From sequence record NC_047815.1: DNA of 64,000 nt. One strand, given 5' to 3'. A model generated the notes under the pieces. The model was not told the origin of the DNA and ran no database searches. It saw only the letters and a list, made by a program, of their open reading frames with translations. How positions within the stretch are numbered: position 1 is the stretch's first letter; every line of letters begins with the position of its first letter. This document shows positions 61,545-64,000 of this stretch, piece after piece. The translations under genes and the position numbers were made by a program.

Positions 61545-62114
61545 ATGGCAAAGTCCACTAGCACTGCACTGGTAGCACCGACTCGTATCAACCGCATTTC
61601 TAAAAAGAGCGGTTCTATTTCACAGTCTGCTGCTAAAGCGTCTCAGATGCCGCACGATGTAACTATCACCGCTACTCAGGTTTACGATGTTCAGGGTTTC
61701 ATCACTGAACTGACTGCTGACAGCGTAACTATTCGTCACAAACGTGGCTTCGGTTCAAGCGCCCAGGTTCTGTCAACGTTCCCACGCAGTCAAGTTATCG
61801 AGCTGGTGGGTGATACCGGTACTTTCGGTAGCCTGAGTGTTCTGGGCAACGTGCCTGTTCGTACTCTGAAAGGTCAGTTGCTGTCGTTTAAGGGTACTCA
61901 AGTCATTGCTACTGACTTCGATACCAAAGAAGTTACCGTGCTGAACACAACCGTGCCTGGCGTGTCTATCACTTACGCTGTGAACGAAACTGCCGCTGCT
62001 AAAAAGTATGGCATTGCTGCTCCGACCAAAGGCAAGAAAGCTGACGCGAAAGCAGCGCCTGCTAAAGCTGCTAAAGGCGGTAAGCCAGTCAAGGCTGGTA
62101 AATCAAAAAAGTAA
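61545..62114 (+). CDS. basic protein with beta-rich core and K/A tail
   Basis: GGAG SD; ends TCA AAA AAG TAA. Confidence 0.8.
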   Translation: MAKSTSTALVAPTRINRISKKSGSISQSAAKASQMPHDVTITATQVYDVQGFITELTADSVTIRHKRGFGSSAQVLSTFPRSQVIELVGDTGTFGSLSVLGNVPVRTLKGQLLSFKGTQVIATDFDTKEVTVLNTTVPGVSITYAVNETAAAKKYGIAAPTKGKKADAKAAPAKAAKGGKPVKAGKSKK

Positions 62115-62141
62115 GTTCTGACGAAGATTTTTAATCGTCAG
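62105..62141 (+). other. candidate -1 programmed frameshift signal
   Basis: A AAA AAG heptamer, 6-nt spacer, CTGACGA/TCGTCAG hairpin. Confidence 0.5.
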
Positions 62142-62143
62142 TA

Positions 62144-62210
62144 AATCTGTAAAGTGTATTCGTCAAGGGCGTTGTTGTTTTAACAGCGTCCTCAAAAACA
62201 AATCTGTAAA
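62144..62210 (+). promoter_or_regulatory. two AATCTGTAAA boxes
   Basis: Perfect copies at 62144 and 62201, upstream of 62256. Confidence 0.6.
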
Positions 62211-62255
62211 CTTTATTCGAATCAAGTCGATTCTACTCAATAGGAAAAAGTTATC

Positions 62256-63047
62256 ATGGCAAAAGCTAAAGCAAATACCGCAACTATCGTTCTGGCAAAA
62301 ATCCTGGGTGTGTTCGTTGAGAACGCAAGCGACAAAGAAATCGCTGCTGCCCTGGCCGAAGCCGGTCTGACTGTTTCTGGTGGCAAAGTCGTTAAAGCTG
62401 ACAAAGCTGCCAAAGGCGGTAAAGGCAAAAAAGCTAAAGTGGCAACTGTTGAACAAATCGTTGCGGCTGTGAAAGAAGAAGAAGCAATCGACCTGACTGG
62501 CGTAAGCGAAGATGATCTGCGTGCTGCCGTTGTTAAGGCCAAGCTGTCTGCTGCTAAGAAAGCCAAAGCGCTGGACGAAGAAGCTCTGCTGGAGCTGCTG
62601 AACGAAGCGATGGGCGTCGAGTCTGACGAAGAAGAAGACGAAGACGACGAAGAAGACGAAGACGAAGAAGACGAGGACGAAGAAGAAGAAGAAGAAGACG
62701 ACTCGGACGATGAAGACGAAGACGAAGACGAAGACGAAGACGAAGACGAAGACGAAGACGACGAAGATGAAGATGAAGATGAGGACGAAGATGAAGATGA
62801 AGATGAGGACGAAGATGAACTCGACCTCGCTAATCTCGACGAAGACGAACTTCGCGCTCTGGTAATCGAACATAAACTGGCGCCTAAGAAAAAGGCTGCT
62901 AAGATGGACGAAGACGAACTTCGTGAACTGTGTGAAGCTCACTTCGGCGATGACGAAGATGAGGACGAAGAAGACGAAGACGAAGACGAGGACGAAGATG
63001 AAGACGAAGACTTCGACGATGAAGACGAAGACGAAGACGACGAATAA
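62256..63047 (+). CDS. extremely acidic protein with two 40-aa helical modules
   Basis: AGGA SD; ~65-residue near-pure D/E tract plus D/E tail. Confidence 0.85.
   Translation: MAKAKANTATIVLAKILGVFVENASDKEIAAALAEAGLTVSGGKVVKADKAAKGGKGKKAKVATVEQIVAAVKEEEAIDLTGVSEDDLRAAVVKAKLSAAKKAKALDEEALLELLNEAMGVESDEEEDEDDEEDEDEEDEDEEEEEEDDSDDEDEDEDEDEDEDEDEDDEDEDEDEDEDEDEDEDEDELDLANLDEDELRALVIEHKLAPKKKAAKMDEDELRELCEAHFGDDEDEDEEDEDEDEDEDEDEDFDDEDEDEDDE
62712..62759 (+). repeat. (GAAGAC)8 perfect tandem repeat encoding (ED)n
   Basis: Eight exact hexamers. Confidence 0.9.
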
Positions 63048-63241
63048 TAGCATCTAACGTGCTGCACTTCTGTAACTCTTAATCTGAGTCGCACAGAAAA
63101 AAGTTTGAAATTTCCTCGATAAAACTTGTAGACGTATGTTGAGAATGATAATGTACGTCTACAGGAAATCGAAACCCTGAACACTTTTGTTTTTAACTCG
63201 CGCACCACATACAGCGCAAATCAAAAATTCTGGAGAAGAAT

Positions 63242-63763
63242 ATGTCTAAGAAAGTTATCGCCGGTCTGAACAAAAACCTGAAAGCAATCGCTAAATCAGA
63301 AGCTGCCCTGACCAAAACTGTTAACGCCACCAGCAAAGAAATCGAAAACCTGGGCGCACAGCGTGCCGGTATCGAAGCGCAGATCGCTGAACTGTCTGGT
63401 GTTGCTGCTCCGGCTAAAGCGCCGAAAGCGCCGAAAGCTGCGAAAGCTGAGAAGCCTGCAAAAGCTGGTAAGAAAGAAAAAGCTGCTAAAGCTGAAAAGC
63501 CAGCTAAAGTGAAAAAAGAAAAAGCTGCTAAAGCTGAGAAACCTGCCAAGGCCGGTAAAGCTGCTAAAGCAGAAAAAGCTGCTAAGCCTGCTAAAGCAGA
63601 AAAAGCTGGCAAGAAAGTGAAAGCCGAAACCAAACCAGCTAAAGCTGACAAAGCTGCTAAAGGCAAAAAAGCTGACAAAGCTGCTAAGCCTGCTAAAGCC
63701 GGTAAAGCTGGTAAGAAAGCGAAAGCATCTGCTGACGAAGATTTCGATTTCGAAGTAGCATAA
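63242..63763 (+). CDS. histone H1/AlgP-like K/A/P-rich DNA-binding protein
   Basis: N-terminal coiled coil, KAAK/AEKPAK repeats, acidic-aromatic tip DEDFDFEVA. Confidence 0.75.
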   Translation: MSKKVIAGLNKNLKAIAKSEAALTKTVNATSKEIENLGAQRAGIEAQIAELSGVAAPAKAPKAPKAAKAEKPAKAGKKEKAAKAEKPAKVKKEKAAKAEKPAKAGKAAKAEKAAKPAKAEKAGKKVKAETKPAKADKAAKGKKADKAAKPAKAGKAGKKAKASADEDFDFEVA

Positions 63764-63801
63764 AAACTGCGGCGGGTGTTACGGCACCTGCGTAAAACAG
63801 A

Positions 63802-63838
63802 AGGGGTTGACACTGAATAAAAGGTGTTAACCCTTTTT
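63802..63838 (+). terminator. intrinsic terminator
   Basis: GGGTTGACAC/GTGTTAACCC stem then TTTTT. Confidence 0.8.
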
Positions 63839-63874
63839 GCATTCTATCAGAATTTTTACCTAGAAGGATTTACT

Positions 63875-64000
63875 GTGTCAGAACCCACTAACTTTCGCGC
63901 AGTGCTTGAATTGCGATTCTCACATGCAGCCGCTCTCGCACGAGCAATCTACACGCTGAAAAGTCACGCTGTGTTTGGTGGCATTGAACCCAACGAAGCA
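63875..64000 (+). CDS. hypothetical protein, 3'-truncated by window edge
   Basis: AAGGA SD, GTG start, frame open to end (MSEPTNFRAVLEL...). Confidence 0.6.
   Translation, partial: MSEPTNFRAVLELRFSHAAALARAIYTLKSHAVFGGIEPNEA

Noticed and set aside
62163-63053. Long minus-strand ORFs (also 7708-8226, 1203-1589, 53188-53610, 58550-59119, 63193-63813)
   Set aside because: They are antisense shadows of low-complexity D/E/K/A codons giving poly-S/F/V translations, with no SD or promoter; all credible genes are on +
1-64000. Alternative genetic code, retron or DGR, integrase or IS element
   Set aside because: Recognisable genes are full-length in the standard code with all three stops used; no reverse transcriptase, recombinase or transposase motifs seen

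Overview
64 kb slice of a large lytic dsDNA (jumbo-type) phage genome. About 100 tightly packed genes all lie on the + strand and read in the standard code. I found no tRNA, CRISPR array or integrase. 0-13 kb is a replication/transcription block: Cas4-like nuclease, SWIM-finger protein, metallophosphoesterase, Acb1/T4 gp57B-like 2H phosphoesterase, sigma factor, gp32-like SSB and RecA/UvsX with a 342-aa intein. 13-18 kb holds candidate virion proteins and an AmsF/WceF-like EPS glycanase. 18-52 kb is an accessory region of mostly small hypothetical genes under ten host-sigma70-type promoters that share a precisely positioned 17-bp upstream box. It includes a full YadA-type autotransporter, DksA/TraR, two GNATs, UvsE, dUTPase, an SLT and an HD/PDE-like enzyme. 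52-64 kb is a cluster of extremely acidic and extremely basic, largely disordered proteins. The gene set suggests an Erwinia/Pantoea/Dickeya-type host and the Erwinia Y3 / Dickeya JA11-like jumbo phage group (inference from recalled gene content, not a search). The most notable unexplained signals are: densely structured non-coding RNA candidates at 50.7-51.25 kb and 52.4-52.5 kb; two genes ending in A_AAA_AAG_TAA with meaningful -1 frame extensions; a shared N-terminal M-x-I-[IV]-x-S-[LI]-S tag on four unrelated proteins; two promoter classes; and the acid/base protein cluster built from a repeated 40-aa helical module. All family calls come from motif recognition by eye, and RNA structures are manual pairings, not computed folds.
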